A DNA stretch of 64,000 nt, from the NCBI GenBank assembly GCA_963845245.1, contig CAWJRJ010000012.1:64001-128000 (forward strand), read 5' to 3'. The position numbers were made by a program, and so were the translations under genes. Positions 18,911 through 29,910 of the stretch are shown piece after piece. How positions within the stretch are numbered: the stretch's first letter is position 1; every line of letters starts with the position of its first letter. This DNA is from Nitrospirota bacterium. Lineage in GTDB: Bacteria; Nitrospirota; JACRHJ01. The notes under the pieces were generated by a model. It saw nothing but the letters and a program-made list of their open reading frames with translations. It searched no databases and was not told the origin of the DNA.

Positions 18911-20290
18911 CTATACTCCCCCCATCACCTTGTCTGCCACCGCATAGGCTTCACGCACGCAGTCGTTGAGCCCGACGCCCCGGAATGCGTTCCCGGCAAA
19001 GAACAACCCCGGATTTTTCTTTTCGATCTTGTCCAGCCACTCAAGCCTTACGGAATGTCCGATGGTATACATCGGGATGGCCTTCTCGTGCCGGAATACC
19101 TTCACAAGCTCAGGGTTCCCCTTGATGCCCATGATGAGCCGAAGCTCGGATACGACGGCGTCAGTGAGTTCATCGTCCGGCAGGAACGGCGTCTTCAGGT
19201 CCCTGCCTCCGCCCGTCATGCTCCGTAGCGAACATTTCCCCTCGGGCGCGCGGCCGTTGAACACGCTCGAATCCCAGAGCGTCCCGATGAGCTTCCTGTT
19301 CTCTTTCATCCCGACAAGGAAGCCGAAGCCGTTCAGGTCATGGCCGATTCCAGCATAATCGAACCCGAGCCCGATGACGGACATAGGCGCGTACTGTATA
19401 TGGTTGAGGATTTCCGTTATCGATGGGTCGACCGGCGCGAGGAATTCCGCAGCGGCATATGCGGGTGAGGCGGTGACGAATATGTCGGCCTCGATGACCT
19501 CGTTGCCAGCTGATATCTGGAACTTCCCGCCGGAAATTTTTACACTCTTGACGGGCGAACTCAATAGCAGCCTGCCTTTGAACGCGCTTCGAAGCGCCTC
19601 TGTCAGGACGTCCAGCCCGCCCTCAAAAGAGGTAAGCACGCCGCCGGGCCCTGCAGGGCCCGCGTTGTCCTTGATGCCCTGTTTTTTCTTCTCGGCCCTC
19701 TTCGCAAGCAGCCCCTTAAAGAGCCCGCCGTAGGTCTGCTCAAGGCTGTATATGGCGGGGAAGCAGGACTTGAGGCTCATGGTCTCCGGGTCGCCGCCGA
19801 ATACGCCGGATGCCATCGGGCCGATGAGACGCTCAAGTGCCTGCGGGCCAAGCCTGCGGCGCGCGAAGTCGGCTAGCGTCTCATCCGAGGGGTCGGTGCG
19901 CTTTGGCACGAAATACTCCCCCAGAAGCCTGAACTTCGAGGGCCACGAAAGCAGGTTTCCCATGATGAGCTTGGGAGGGCTTATGTCGTGGAGGCTGCCT
20001 CCCGCGTAGATGAACCGCCTGCGGGCCGCGTCGTTGCTTGGGAGGAGTTTTTTGTCTATGCCGAGTTTCCTGCATAACTCGAGGGTGTCCGGCTTGTTGT
20101 TCAGGAAGCCGTTCGGGCCCCATTCCATGACATAGCCGTCTTCCCTGTGCGTGCGCACCTTGCCGCCCGCGCGTGCCTCGGACTCGAGCAGGATCAACTC
20201 GGCCTGCTTGCCAGTCGCCTCAAGCTTCTCCTGAAGCGCATGGCACAGCGAAAGGCCGCTAAGCCCCGCCCCGGCAACAACTATCCTCAT
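18911..20290 (-). CDS. hemG: Protoporphyrinogen/coproporphyrinogen oxidase (HemY-type flavoprotein)
   Basis: GAGLSGL, E.GPNGFL, GFGFLV, AIP.Y.IGH, GN.F.GVGLNDC. Confidence 0.93.
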   Translation of the reverse strand: MRIVVAGAGLSGLSLCHALQEKLEATGKQAELILLESEARAGGKVRTHREDGYVMEWGPNGFLNNKPDTLELCRKLGIDKKLLPSNDAARRRFIYAGGSLHDISPPKLIMGNLLSWPSKFRLLGEYFVPKRTDPSDETLADFARRRLGPQALERLIGPMASGVFGGDPETMSLKSCFPAIYSLEQTYGGLFKGLLAKRAEKKKQGIKDNAGPAGPGGVLTSFEGGLDVLTEALRSAFKGRLLLSSPVKSVKISGGKFQISAGNEVIEADIFVTASPAYAAAEFLAPVDPSITEILNHIQYAPMSVIGLGFDYAGIGHDLNGFGFLVGMKENRKLIGTLWDSSVFNGRAPEGKCSLRSMTGGGRDLKTPFLPDDELTDAVVSELRLIMGIKGNPELVKVFRHEKAIPMYTIGHSVRLEWLDKIEKKNPGLFFAGNAFRGVGLNDCVREAYAVADKVMGGV

Positions 20291-20400
20291 GTATTATCCT
20301 CCGGCCAGTTCGCTAAAATTTCCTTTGGGTATTGATAAATAATGCGCTAATATTACGTTATAGAGTTTTTCAAGTCAAAGCATTTTAATCGGAGGAAGCG

Positions 20401-20959
20401 TTGAAGATACTGGCGGTACTGGGGAGCGCACGGAGAAACGGGAACACTGAGACACTCATCAAGGAGGCGCTCAGGGGCGCGGGTGAGGGGCATGATGTGA
20501 CATTCCGCGTGCTCTCCGAGTTAAATATATTCGGCTGCCAGGGCTGCAGGGGCTGCAGGCTGAAGGACTCCGAGGGCTGCATATTCCATGACGCGATGCA
20601 GGACCTATACTGCCGACATGAAGGAGGCCGATGCGATAGTGCTTGGCTCCCCCATATTTTACGGTGAGGTCACAGGCCAGATGAAGTCGTTCATGGACCG
20701 CTGGTACGCGCTACGCGACCACGACAAAAAACTCAGGATACCATCCGGCAAGCGGGTGCTTTTTATAGTCGTCCAGGGGGCGGACGACCCGCACAGGTAC
20801 GCCAGGACGGTCGAGAGGCTGGAGAAGGTCCTTAAAAGTTATGAGATGGAGCCGCGCATGCTCGTGGCGGCAGGCCTTGAAAAAAAGAACGAGGCTTCAA
20901 ACTCCCCTGAGCTGATGGAAAGCGTCTTCAAGGCAGGCAGCGAACTGGTCGCCAATTAG
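20401..20959 (+). CDS. Iron-sulfur flavoprotein / flavodoxin family (frameshift ~20605)
   Basis: GS.R.NGNT, C.GC..C.....C, GSPI.YG..TGQMKSF.DR. Confidence 0.85.
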
Positions 20960-21040
20960 CAGAAAACCCGTCCACAATTTCCCCTTCCTGATATACTTAA
21001 AGTAGGTAACATATATAGCTTTTATCCAGGAGGTGCGGCC

Positions 21041-23465
21041 ATGTCCGGATACAGGAAACTACAACCGGAAGAACTCGCCTGGCGCCTTGACGAGACCAGG
21101 TTCAATTTCCATTCCACAGCAGAACTAACACCGGAGCACGGGACGATCGGCCAGGAGCGCGCACGGCGTGCCCTCGACTTCGGGCTTGGCATAAAGAGTT
21201 TCGGTTACAATATCTTCGTGCTGGGCCAGAGCGGGACCGGCAAACTGTTCACGGTCAGGCGCGTGCTTGATGAAAAGTCAAAGGAAGGCCCTGTCCCCTC
21301 AGACTGGCTCTATCTGATGAATTTCGGGAACCCCGACAAGCCGAGGACTGTAAGCCTGCCGCGCGGGAAGGGCTCAGAGCTTGCCTCGGATATGGACCGG
21401 CTGGTCGAACAGCTGAAAAAGGCCATCCCCAAGGCCTTCGAGGGTGAGGAGTTCGAGAAGAAGAGGGAAGACCTCCTGACCGAACATAATATCCAAAGCT
21501 CCCGCATAATAGAGGAACTTGACGAAGAATCAAAGAAACGGGGCTTCTCGCTCGAGAAGTCGCCCAGGGGGCTTGGGCTGGTGCCAAGGAAAAAAGACGG
21601 CACGCTGATGTCGCAGGAAGAGTTCGCGGAACAGACTCCGGAGGAGAGGCAGAGGATAGAGGCGGTCGGCAGCGAGCTACAGGACCTGCTGTCGGACGCC
21701 ATGCGTAAGGTAAGGGAACAGGAGAAGCTGTTCCAGGAAAAGATAAACCAGGCAAACCGCGAGTTCGGGATGTTCGCCGTCGGGCACTTCATAGACGAAC
21801 TGGAAGAAAAGTACAATGAGTTCCCTAATCTGAGCGCGTATTTTGAAGAGGTACGGGAAGACATACTTAACAACCTGGACGACTTCAAGCAGCAGGGTGC
21901 GGCACCGCAGATGCCGTTTATGATGCAGAAACAGGAGCCGTCATTCGAGAGGTACAGGGTGAACCTGCTGGTGGACAATTCCGCCACCTCCGGCGCACCT
22001 GTGGTATATGAGCCGAACCCCACCTTCGCCAACCTGTTTGGAAGGATTGAACAGAAGTTCCAGTACGGTGTGGCGACGACCGACTTCAACCTGATAAAAT
22101 CCGGCGCCTTCCATAAGGCAAACGGAGGGTTCCTGGTCATAGATGTCATGGACCTCGTCAGGAACCCGTTCTCCTATGAGGGCCTGAAGCGCGTACTGAA
22201 GAACAAGGTAGTGGCGATGGAGGATGCTCTTGAGCAGTACCGCATGATGCCGCTTTATACCCTCAAGCCCGAGCCGATCCCTCTGGACGTCAAAGTGGTG
22301 CTTATAGGCCCGCCCAATGTCTATTACATCCTGAATTCGCTCGACGAAGAGTTCGCCAGGCTGTTCAAGGTGCATGTGGACTTTGACAGCAGGCACGAAC
22401 GCAACGTCGACATCGTGGACGCATATGCCGGGTTCATCGCCGAACACAGCCGCAAGGAGGGCTTGAAGGATTTCGCGCCGTCCGGTGTGGCGAGGGTGGT
22501 GGAACACTCCGCAAGGTCCGTTTCCGACAAGGAGAAGCTTACGCTCAAGTTCCAGGAGGTGCTCGACCTCGTGCGCGAATCCTCGTACTGGGCGGGCATG
22601 GCGGGGGCGGGTCTCGTCGAACGCGAGCATGTCAACAGGGCGATAGGCGAGAGCATTTTCCGTTCCAACATGCTGGAGGAGAAGATAAGGCAGGCGATCG
22701 ACGAAGGGATAATAATGGTGGATGTAAAGGGGGAGGTTGCCGGACAGGTGAACGGGCTGTCCGTGCTTTCCCTGGGCGATTACTCGTTCGGCAGGCCGAG
22801 CAGGATAACGGCCAGTACGTTTATGGGACGCGGCGGGATGGTGAACATCGAGCGCGAGGTGAAGATGTCCGGCCCGATACACGACAAGGGCGTGATGATA
22901 CTGTACCGGGTTCCTGGGGCAGAGGTTTGCAAACGACAAGCCCCTGACGCTTTCGGCGTCCATTGCCTTCGAGCAGTCATATGAGGGGATCGAGGGCGAC
23001 TCCGCCTCCTCGACCGAGCTGTACGCGCTTCTTTCGTCCCTCTCTGGCGTACCGATCAAACAGGGCATAGCCGTGACGGGCTCTGTAAACCAGCGCGGCG
23101 AGGTGCAGCCGATCGGCGGCGTCAACGAGAAGATAGAAGGTTATTTCGAGGTATGCAAGGTCCTGGGCTTCACTGGAGAGCAGGGCGTGATAATCCCGGA
23201 GTCTAACGTGCGCCACCTGATGCTGAAGGACGAAGTCGTGAACGCAGTCAGGGACGGCAGCTTCCATGTCTGGGCCGTGAAGACGGTGGACGAAGGGATC
23301 GAGGCGCTTACCGGTATGCCTGCCGGCGAACAGCAGGAAGACGGTAAATTCCCTGCCGGTACGCTCAACTACCTCGTGGACGAGAGGCTCAGGAAGATGG
23401 CGCAGGGCCTGAAGGATTTCGGGGCTCCGGAAGAGAAGCCGGGGAGCGAGAAGAAGGCCGCGTAA
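21041..23465 (+). CDS. Lon-like protease (LonB/LonC type, peptidase S16; frameshift ~22905)
   Basis: IGQ.RA..AL.FGL, G.SGTGK, GQVNGL, FEQSY..IEGDSAS, AVTGSVNQ.G.VQPIGGVNEKIEG. Confidence 0.92.
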
Positions 23466-23488
23466 CAGGATAATTTCCACATTCGATG

Positions 23489-23540
23489 CCGGCTGCGCAA
23501 GCGGTAGAGATTGCCACTGCGCAAGCCGGTTTTCTCTTTC
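23489..23540 (+). terminator. Long GC-rich hairpin with U-tract
   Basis: CCGGCTGCGCA...TGCGCAAGCCGG followed by a T-rich run. Confidence 0.6.
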
Positions 23541-23605
23541 CGCTTGATAATATGTGAAAATTGTAGTATTCTAAAAAAGATTAGTAACCGCGTATATGTA
23601 AAAGA

Positions 23606-24349
23606 ATGGCAATTCAAAACCTAAAGGTAGACTTCCACCTTCACACGAAGGAAGACCCCCACGACTTCATATCCTACGACTCGTACAAGCTGGTAGACAT
23701 ACTCTCCGAAAAAGGCTACGACGCCATCGCCGTAACCAACCACAACCGCTTCACATATTCTGACCATCTTAGGGATTACGCAAAAGAGAGGGGTATAATA
23801 CTCTTCAGGAGTGTCGAGCGCACCGTACGGAAGAGGCATGTGCTCCTGATTAACTTCAAAGGCGAACTCGGTGACTACAGGAGCCTGGCGGACATCGCAA
23901 AGGCCAAGAGGCCTAACAACCTGGTCATAGCCGCGCACCCCTACTTCCCCATGCCCACCGCGTCCGGCATAATGCTGGACCGCCACCCGGACGTGTTCGA
24001 CGCACTGGAGTACTGCCACTACTACGTCAGGAACATAAACTTCAACAAATGGGCGGTTTCGCGGGCGTACGAGCTGGACAAGCCGCTCGTGGGCAACTCC
24101 GACGCGCACACCAAAAGGCAGATGGGCCGCACCTATTCGATAGTGAGGGCCGAAAAGGACCCGGAGGCCATAATACAGGCGATCAAGGAGGGTAACGTCG
24201 AGGTGGTCACGAAGCCGTTCAGGGCCACCCAACTCATCCACATCTCTTCTTCTATCTCGTACAGGAATATCAAGGGAAGGCTGATGTGCCTGATCAAGCA
24301 CGGGAAGTACGGATACCGGGGCGCGGAGGTGGAACATCCGGTAAGGTAG
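23606..24349 (+). CDS. PHP-domain metal-dependent phosphoesterase
   Basis: DFHLHT, AVTNHN, AAHP, GNSDAH. Confidence 0.9.
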   Translation: MAIQNLKVDFHLHTKEDPHDFISYDSYKLVDILSEKGYDAIAVTNHNRFTYSDHLRDYAKERGIILFRSVERTVRKRHVLLINFKGELGDYRSLADIAKAKRPNNLVIAAHPYFPMPTASGIMLDRHPDVFDALEYCHYYVRNINFNKWAVSRAYELDKPLVGNSDAHTKRQMGRTYSIVRAEKDPEAIIQAIKEGNVEVVTKPFRATQLIHISSSISYRNIKGRLMCLIKHGKYGYRGAEVEHPVR

Positions 24350-24447
24350 CAGTTACCCCTTTCGAGAAACAATCCCCCCTCTTGTTTACTCGGCAAGGAA
24401 AGACCTATTAAAGAAATAAGCTGAACAAGCAGTAAAGGTTTAAATCA

Positions 24448-24827
24448 ATGAGAGTTTATTTGTCGCTTCTGATGTTTTCAGCGACGCTGTTTTCCTCCCC
24501 CATGGTCTTTGCGTCAGACCTGCTCACCCTCCCAGCATATTGCATAAAAGAACCAGACCCAGGCCTTTACCTCCGGTTCAGGGATGACGGGTCGCTGTCT
24601 GCGCAGCTTAGGTTCTCCGGCGTGGACAAGGCGAAAGACGCCGAAGATGGGCGGAATGCGGCAGGGACGGGCAAGTTCAGATTTTTTCTCAGCCCGGAAT
24701 TCGGGACCAAGCAAAACCTATGAGTACGAATACCGCCGCCGGGATGCCGGCCATGGATAACGTCACCGGTTCACGGCTAGGCTCGAACTACGGCATGCAG
24801 TGCGGGTTCAGCTGGAAGTTTAAATAG
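24448..24827 (+). CDS. Hypothetical secreted protein (frameshift ~24715)
   Basis: Signal peptide; second frame ends YGMQCGFSWKFK*. Confidence 0.5.
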
Positions 24828-25013
24828 GAACGGGGATATTCCGGTCATTCATTACAGTCAGGGTAGCTTCAAGGTCTCTTCCGCATTCTTCAGCGCATTT
24901 TCAGGCGTTTCTCCGCCGGTTATAATTCCGGGGAAGTCCGAGAACCGCACCGCGAAGTAGTCGCCGTCTTCGGACGGGATTATTTTAAATTCGTAATTAT
25001 ATTTTTCTTTCAT
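24820..25013 (-). CDS. HicB-family antitoxin, short form (probable frameshift ~24870); not in ORF track
   Basis: MKEKYNYEFKIIPSEDGDYFAVRFSDFPGIITGGETPENALKNAEE...IPVP. Confidence 0.8.
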
Positions 25014-25947
25014 AACCGCTCTGTTTAATTCGCAATTTCTTTTTAACTAACTTATCCCAATTCGCACTCTTATATGGCAACTTAAACGAGTTGGTTGCTC
25101 CGTCTCCCATGAATTCAACGACAACTTGAAAATTAAGGGGGCATCGGAAAAACTTTTCGCCTACTGTTAACAAAATATCTTCATCTATAACTTTTACAGT
25201 ATGAGCAGGCATCCATAGTTCATTAGGGAAACAATAGTTGGTAAATTTTTCAATCAAACTTGCATTTGAAATCGCTATATCGTAGGGTTTTACTTCTTCT
25301 GGCGTAAAACCATCTGGAGCCATTCTTGAAATGAATTTTTCCAATTCAGATATTACTTTAAATGCTTGAACAAAATGGTAGCGAATATCCCAAGCTAATG
25401 AAATAGCTGTGTCCCCGTCGTTATGCAAGAAAGGATGTGGCCCAACTGAACCATCTGCGTATGCTGTCTCTACAAAATATCCGGGGACAAAAACCGTCTC
25501 TGTATGAATCCAAACAGGGCGCATTCTGCCTTGATCATGCTTTATGCAATTGACAAGCGCAGCAATGTGCTGACGATAGATATCAATTTTTTCTTTAAAC
25601 TTCTTGCTAGATTTTTCACCGGATTTGTATATTGATGGATCAAAGACAATGTGGGCTATCGTTCTGCAATCTTCGATAAACTCAAATTGTGCATACATGA
25701 AATGCTCGTACACGTTCAATATGTTTTTTAGACTTGGGAGAGCATTCGCAGAGATTGATTGCTGATTTAAAATAGATAATTCATTTAAGACCACCGCTTG
25801 CATTTGAAACATTTTAGCAATCGATGTGTTAAATAAACCAATTGGATGACGACGAACCTTATCGCCTGGATTAAAAAAGTGGTTTGGTAAAGTTGATATT
25901 ATATGAGGTAGAACTGGAGCGCCATTTTTAATTGTTAAATTAGTCAT
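24997..25947 (-). CDS. AT-rich hypothetical protein
   Basis: Intact 316 aa ORF with strongly AT-rich codons. Confidence 0.75.
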   Translation of the reverse strand: MTNLTIKNGAPVLPHIISTLPNHFFNPGDKVRRHPIGLFNTSIAKMFQMQAVVLNELSILNQQSISANALPSLKNILNVYEHFMYAQFEFIEDCRTIAHIVFDPSIYKSGEKSSKKFKEKIDIYRQHIAALVNCIKHDQGRMRPVWIHTETVFVPGYFVETAYADGSVGPHPFLHNDGDTAISLAWDIRYHFVQAFKVISELEKFISRMAPDGFTPEEVKPYDIAISNASLIEKFTNYCFPNELWMPAHTVKVIDEDILLTVGEKFFRCPLNFQVVVEFMGDGATNSFKLPYKSANWDKLVKKKLRIKQSGYERKI

Positions 25948-25950
25948 TTA

Positions 25951-26184
25951 TCAAATTATCAACGCGGCTACTGAAATATCTTCGTCTATCTCTTCCCAAT
26001 GTATGCCGACACCATTGCCAATCAGCCGCCACTTCTTGCGCTGCTTTTCCTTCGCCTCGCGGAGTTTCGGGAACCATTCGAGTGGCACGCTAATTTCGCG
26101 ACCATCCAATAGCCGCACGTGCATCATGTACCGGTCGAACAATACATCTGAGGCCAGAGGATCGGATGTCAGGATGTGTTTCAT
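25951..26184 (-). CDS. DUF2442-family protein
   Basis: V.L.DGREISVPLEWFP.L..A...QR..W.LIG.G.GIHWE.IDEDISV. Confidence 0.88.
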   Translation of the reverse strand: MKHILTSDPLASDVLFDRYMMHVRLLDGREISVPLEWFPKLREAKEKQRKKWRLIGNGVGIHWEEIDEDISVAALII

Positions 26185-26190
26185 TGAAAC

Positions 26191-26254
26191 CAGATTCATC
26201 GCTACGCTCAGAATGACAACAAGCCACTGGATTCCCGCTTTCGCGGGAATGACA
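26191..26254 (-). repeat. Two tandem GTCATT-tagged REP-like elements (one dRS3-like)
   Basis: TGTCATTCCCGCGAAAGCGGGAATCCAG (26227-26254) and TGTCATTCTGAGCGTAGCGATGAATCTG (26191-26218). Confidence 0.75.
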
Positions 26255-26273
26255 TACTTCGGGCGGCGATATC

Positions 26274-27659
26274 CTACCCCAGCCTCGCCTTCAGCTTCAG
26301 ATACGGCCCGCCGTCGGTAACCTTCACCCACTCCTTGTGCCCCTTGCCGCAGTAGCCGAGCCCAAAGATCGTTGACTCGTCGCCGACCATGCTGATGGAA
26401 TCGAGCATGTCCGGCAGGTAGCCGGTGACGATTACCGGAGTGAAGACGTTTCCGGTGAGCTTCCCGCCCTTTATCTCCTCTGCAAGGTAGCCCTCAAGCT
26501 GGATGCCCCAGCCCTTGGGGTCCTCCATCCCGTTGCTCGGGTGCGTGAGCAGGAAGCCCGAGTCTATGCTTGCCAGCATGTCCTCGTATTTGTCCTTGCC
26601 AGCGCCGAAGAACGTGTTGGTCATGCGCGCGTAGGCCTTTCGCTCGTAGGACTCGCGCCTGCCGTTTGCCGTGCGCTTCATCCCCAGCCTCGTGGCGGAG
26701 TTGAGGTCCGTGATGCCCGAGACCAGAACCCCGTCCTTGATTATCTGCGTGCGTGACGCGAGCTGGCCCTCGTGGTCGAAGAAGAAGCTTGCCGCCACGC
26801 CTTCCTCCACCGGGGAGTCGTACATGTTGACAAGCTCGGAGCCTACGCGCTTATTCATGAACTCAGCCGCCCGCGAGCGTCCTTTCAGGAACATGTCCGT
26901 CTCGGTGCCGTGGCCGAAGCACTCGTGCGCAGTGATGCCCGCGAACTCTGGAGACATGATGCAGTCGTAATAGCCGGGAGTCAGCCTTGGCGCGCCCAGT
27001 ATCCTGCCGCAGTCGTGGACGAGGTTCGAAAACTTCTCGGCCGCGATGGTGGAGTTCTCGTACCCGCCCTGGTTTGAGTTGCCCTCGTGAAGCTGGGCGG
27101 TGTCGTCGCCTTCGCGCATTACCGCCTGGATTATTGCCTGTCCGCGCTTCAAGTCCTGGAACAGGGTCTTGTTGCGGTTGACGTAGAGTTCGCGGCTGCG
27201 GGTGAAGGCGTACATCGAGACGGCGTTCACGATACGCTTGTCCATCGCCTGAAGCTTGTCTCGGAACACCGTGCAGCGGTTCACCTTGTCTGCAAGGGAT
27301 ACGGAGGCGTTCGGTATTACCTCCTGCACCACGAAGTCCTTCTCAAGCGCCTCGCCGGGGTCAACAGACAGCCCGCCTCCGATGCCCTCGATCTCCGCCA
27401 TCTTCACGAGCGATTTCGCAGCCTTAGATAGCGAGTCGGCCGAGAGGTCGCCTGTGGAGTATTCCAGGAACCGGTTGCCGGTGAATACGGTGAATACGAC
27501 GCCCTTTGAGGGGTCGAGCGGTTCGACGCGCGACTCCCTGGACATTACCACGACGCGTTCACCCAGTGTCTCCATGGCGAGCGCGGACGCGTACGGGACG
27601 GTCTTCTCCATCTCGCCGACGAGGTTTTTCAAAAGTCCTTTTAAGTTGTAGATATCCAT
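26274..27659 (-). CDS. tldD: TldD/PmbA family metalloprotease (TldD-type)
   Basis: HECFGHGTE.D, D.EG, GRRESY....ARMTNT, CGK...V.V..GGP. Confidence 0.9.
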   Translation of the reverse strand: MDIYNLKGLLKNLVGEMEKTVPYASALAMETLGERVVVMSRESRVEPLDPSKGVVFTVFTGNRFLEYSTGDLSADSLSKAAKSLVKMAEIEGIGGGLSVDPGEALEKDFVVQEVIPNASVSLADKVNRCTVFRDKLQAMDKRIVNAVSMYAFTRSRELYVNRNKTLFQDLKRGQAIIQAVMREGDDTAQLHEGNSNQGGYENSTIAAEKFSNLVHDCGRILGAPRLTPGYYDCIMSPEFAGITAHECFGHGTETDMFLKGRSRAAEFMNKRVGSELVNMYDSPVEEGVAASFFFDHEGQLASRTQIIKDGVLVSGITDLNSATRLGMKRTANGRRESYERKAYARMTNTFFGAGKDKYEDMLASIDSGFLLTHPSNGMEDPKGWGIQLEGYLAEEIKGGKLTGNVFTPVIVTGYLPDMLDSISMVGDESTIFGLGYCGKGHKEWVKVTDGGPYLKLKARLG

Positions 27660-27667
27660 AGGACATA

Positions 27668-27696
27668 ATTATGTTTATTATTGGCCGCGTTGTCAA
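27668..27696 (-). promoter_or_regulatory. Sigma70 promoter of tldD (leaderless candidate)
   Basis: TTGACA-N17-CATAAT, 8 nt before ATG. Confidence 0.6.
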
Positions 27697-27786
27697 GGCA
27701 TATCGCAGGTGATATAATGATAAGGTAAGAGCGGTGGAAAGCCAGTTTTAAGACGTTAACGTCGTATTTTCAGGAGGTTGAATAAT

Positions 27787-28323
27787 ATGAAAGCGTTGAT
27801 GATAACTGCGAACGATTTTGAGGATATGGAAGTATTCTACCCCTTCTACCGGCTCAAAGAACAGGGCTGGGATGTGACCGTTACGGCCCCCCAGATGTCT
27901 ACGGTGGTCGGCAAGCATGGATACCAGATGCCGGTGGACGATGTGTTCTCGGAGGTCAACCCCGAGGAGTACGACCTCCTCCTGATTCCGGGCGGGAAGG
28001 CACCCGAGGTGGTGCGCCTGAGCAAGGATGCGATCAAGATCGTCGACCACTTCTTCAACAAAAACAAACCGGTCGCATCTATTTGCCACGGGGTGCAGGT
28101 ACTGATCTCAGCCGGCAAGTCGAAAGGCCGGAAGGCCACATGCTGGAAAGGCGTAAAGGACGACCTGATTGCCGCGGGAGGCAAATATATCGATACCGAG
28201 GTTGTGGTGGACGGGAACCTTGTCTCGTCCAGGATGCCGGACGACCTGCCTGCCTTTATGAGAGAGGTCTTCAGGGTCACATCCGAGATGGCGAAGACTG
28301 GCGGCAAGAAAAAGGCCGCCTAA
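27787..28323 (+). CDS. PfpI/DJ-1 family protein
   Basis: FED.E, LLIPGG.AP, ICHG, VVVDGNLVSSR.P.DL. Confidence 0.93.
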   Translation: MKALMITANDFEDMEVFYPFYRLKEQGWDVTVTAPQMSTVVGKHGYQMPVDDVFSEVNPEEYDLLLIPGGKAPEVVRLSKDAIKIVDHFFNKNKPVASICHGVQVLISAGKSKGRKATCWKGVKDDLIAAGGKYIDTEVVVDGNLVSSRMPDDLPAFMREVFRVTSEMAKTGGKKKAA

Positions 28324-28329
28324 AACCGA

Positions 28330-28360
28330 AGGGCGGAGGAAGAAGCCTCCGCCTTTTTTG
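28330..28360 (+). terminator. Intrinsic terminator
   Basis: AGGGCGGAGG-AAGAAG-CCTCCGCCTTTTTT. Confidence 0.75.
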
Positions 28361-28367
28361 TGAGACT

Positions 28368-29759
28368 ATGGGAAAATACAACTGGAAACCTGAAAAGGCT
28401 GGCGGCGCCTTGGGCGCACTGGCGCTTGTGCTTTTCGGCCTGATCGTTTTTTTCGTGTCATCCTCCCTGAACCGCGGTGGGCGAGGGGATGGAGATTCCA
28501 GAGAAGGGGCTGTGCCCGCGGATTTCAGCTATGCGGTCGAGAAAGTATTGCCCTCCCTGGTAAAAATCGAGAACGAGGGCCTTGGCGGTCATCCTGATAT
28601 CGGTGGGAGCGGCAAGCAGGTGGAAATCGCCCGTACGAGTGAGGGAAGTGGTTTCTTCATAGACAGTGAGGGGCGCATCCTCACCAATTACCATGTAGTC
28701 GAGGGCGCTCAGACGATAACTGTCATCACGAGAGAAAAAAAACGTTACAATGCCGAGCTTATAGGCGCGGATATCCTCACCGATATAGCTCTATTGAAGA
28801 TTAAACCCGATTTTGACGTTACGCCGGTATCCATGGGGGACTCAAGCCGCCTTAAGGTGGGCCAGTGGGTTATTGCGATAGGAAACCCGCTGGGGCTTGA
28901 TTTTTTCACCAGCGCGGGGATAGTTTCCGGGTTTGGGCCTCCAGGGCCGAATTATATAGGGTTTTATGACTTCATACAGGCCGACCTGAACATCGAGCCG
29001 GGCAATTCCGGCGGTCCGCTGCTGAATTCCGAAGGGCAGGTGGTCGGGATAAACAACGCCTATCTCGGGCCGGGGACGAACATAGGTTTTTCCATCCCGA
29101 TAAACAGGGCAAAAGAGGTCGTCGACCAGCTCCTGGAAAAGGGCAGCATATCAAGGGGGTTTCTGGGGGTGCTCGGGCAGCCTTTGACCCAGGGCCTTGC
29201 GGACAGGCTGGGCCTGAAAGAAGTGAAGGGCGCAATGGTCACGGAGGTGCTTGACGGAAGCCCCGCACAACTGGGCGGGATAAGAAAACAGGACGTAATC
29301 ATCGAGTTCAACGGCCAGCCGGTCGATAACGACCGTGAGCTTCAGGCAAAGGTATACGAGACCCCGGCCAATACGAGGGTGAACTTCCATGTGGTCAGGG
29401 ACGGCAAAAAGAAGGTCATGCCAGTTACGCTAGGCGAGCTTAAAGAGCACTCCATCATATCCGAGCAGGCCGTAAGGCAGTGCGGGATAAGTTTTGCAAG
29501 GATGACGGACGCGCTAGCCCAAAGGCTCGGCCTGAACGATTCGAACGGGCTTCTCGTCCTGAGGGTCATACCCGGCTGCCCGGCATTCGAGGGCGGCTTG
29601 CGGTTCGGGGACGTCCTTCTGGAAGTGGAAGGCAACAAGGTGTACAACGAGGCCGATTTCTACCGGTTATATTCAAGGCTTACACCCGGAAAACAGATGA
29701 TGCTCAAGGTTTTCAGGGATGGAAGGCCTATCTATCTGACCATCAAACAGGGCGAATGA
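28368..29759 (+). CDS. HtrA/DegP-family serine protease with two PDZ domains
   Basis: GSGF, LTNYHVV, DIALLKI, GNSGGPL, two PDZ segments; N-terminal TM. Confidence 0.93.
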   Translation: MGKYNWKPEKAGGALGALALVLFGLIVFFVSSSLNRGGRGDGDSREGAVPADFSYAVEKVLPSLVKIENEGLGGHPDIGGSGKQVEIARTSEGSGFFIDSEGRILTNYHVVEGAQTITVITREKKRYNAELIGADILTDIALLKIKPDFDVTPVSMGDSSRLKVGQWVIAIGNPLGLDFFTSAGIVSGFGPPGPNYIGFYDFIQADLNIEPGNSGGPLLNSEGQVVGINNAYLGPGTNIGFSIPINRAKEVVDQLLEKGSISRGFLGVLGQPLTQGLADRLGLKEVKGAMVTEVLDGSPAQLGGIRKQDVIIEFNGQPVDNDRELQAKVYETPANTRVNFHVVRDGKKKVMPVTLGELKEHSIISEQAVRQCGISFARMTDALAQRLGLNDSNGLLVLRVIPGCPAFEGGLRFGDVLLEVEGNKVYNEADFYRLYSRLTPGKQMMLKVFRDGRPIYLTIKQGE

Positions 29760-29910
29760 GCCCGGTTGTCACCACGGCATACCCACCAGCCCGATATATT
29801 CCCGGTTTTTCAGACAGTTGGGGCAGATTTAATTTAGTTGATTTTGGGTCTTATATATTATACATTAATGACTTGCAGTTTCTTCGTTTTGTATTGAATG
29901 GAGGTCTTTG

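Noticed and set aside
27752..27763. GACGTTAACGTC palindrome before pfpI
   Set aside because: Single copy; cannot be distinguished from chance.
28083..28367. N-terminal extension of HtrA overlapping pfpI
   Set aside because: Crosses the pfpI terminator; ATG 28368 gives a normal TM-anchored protease.
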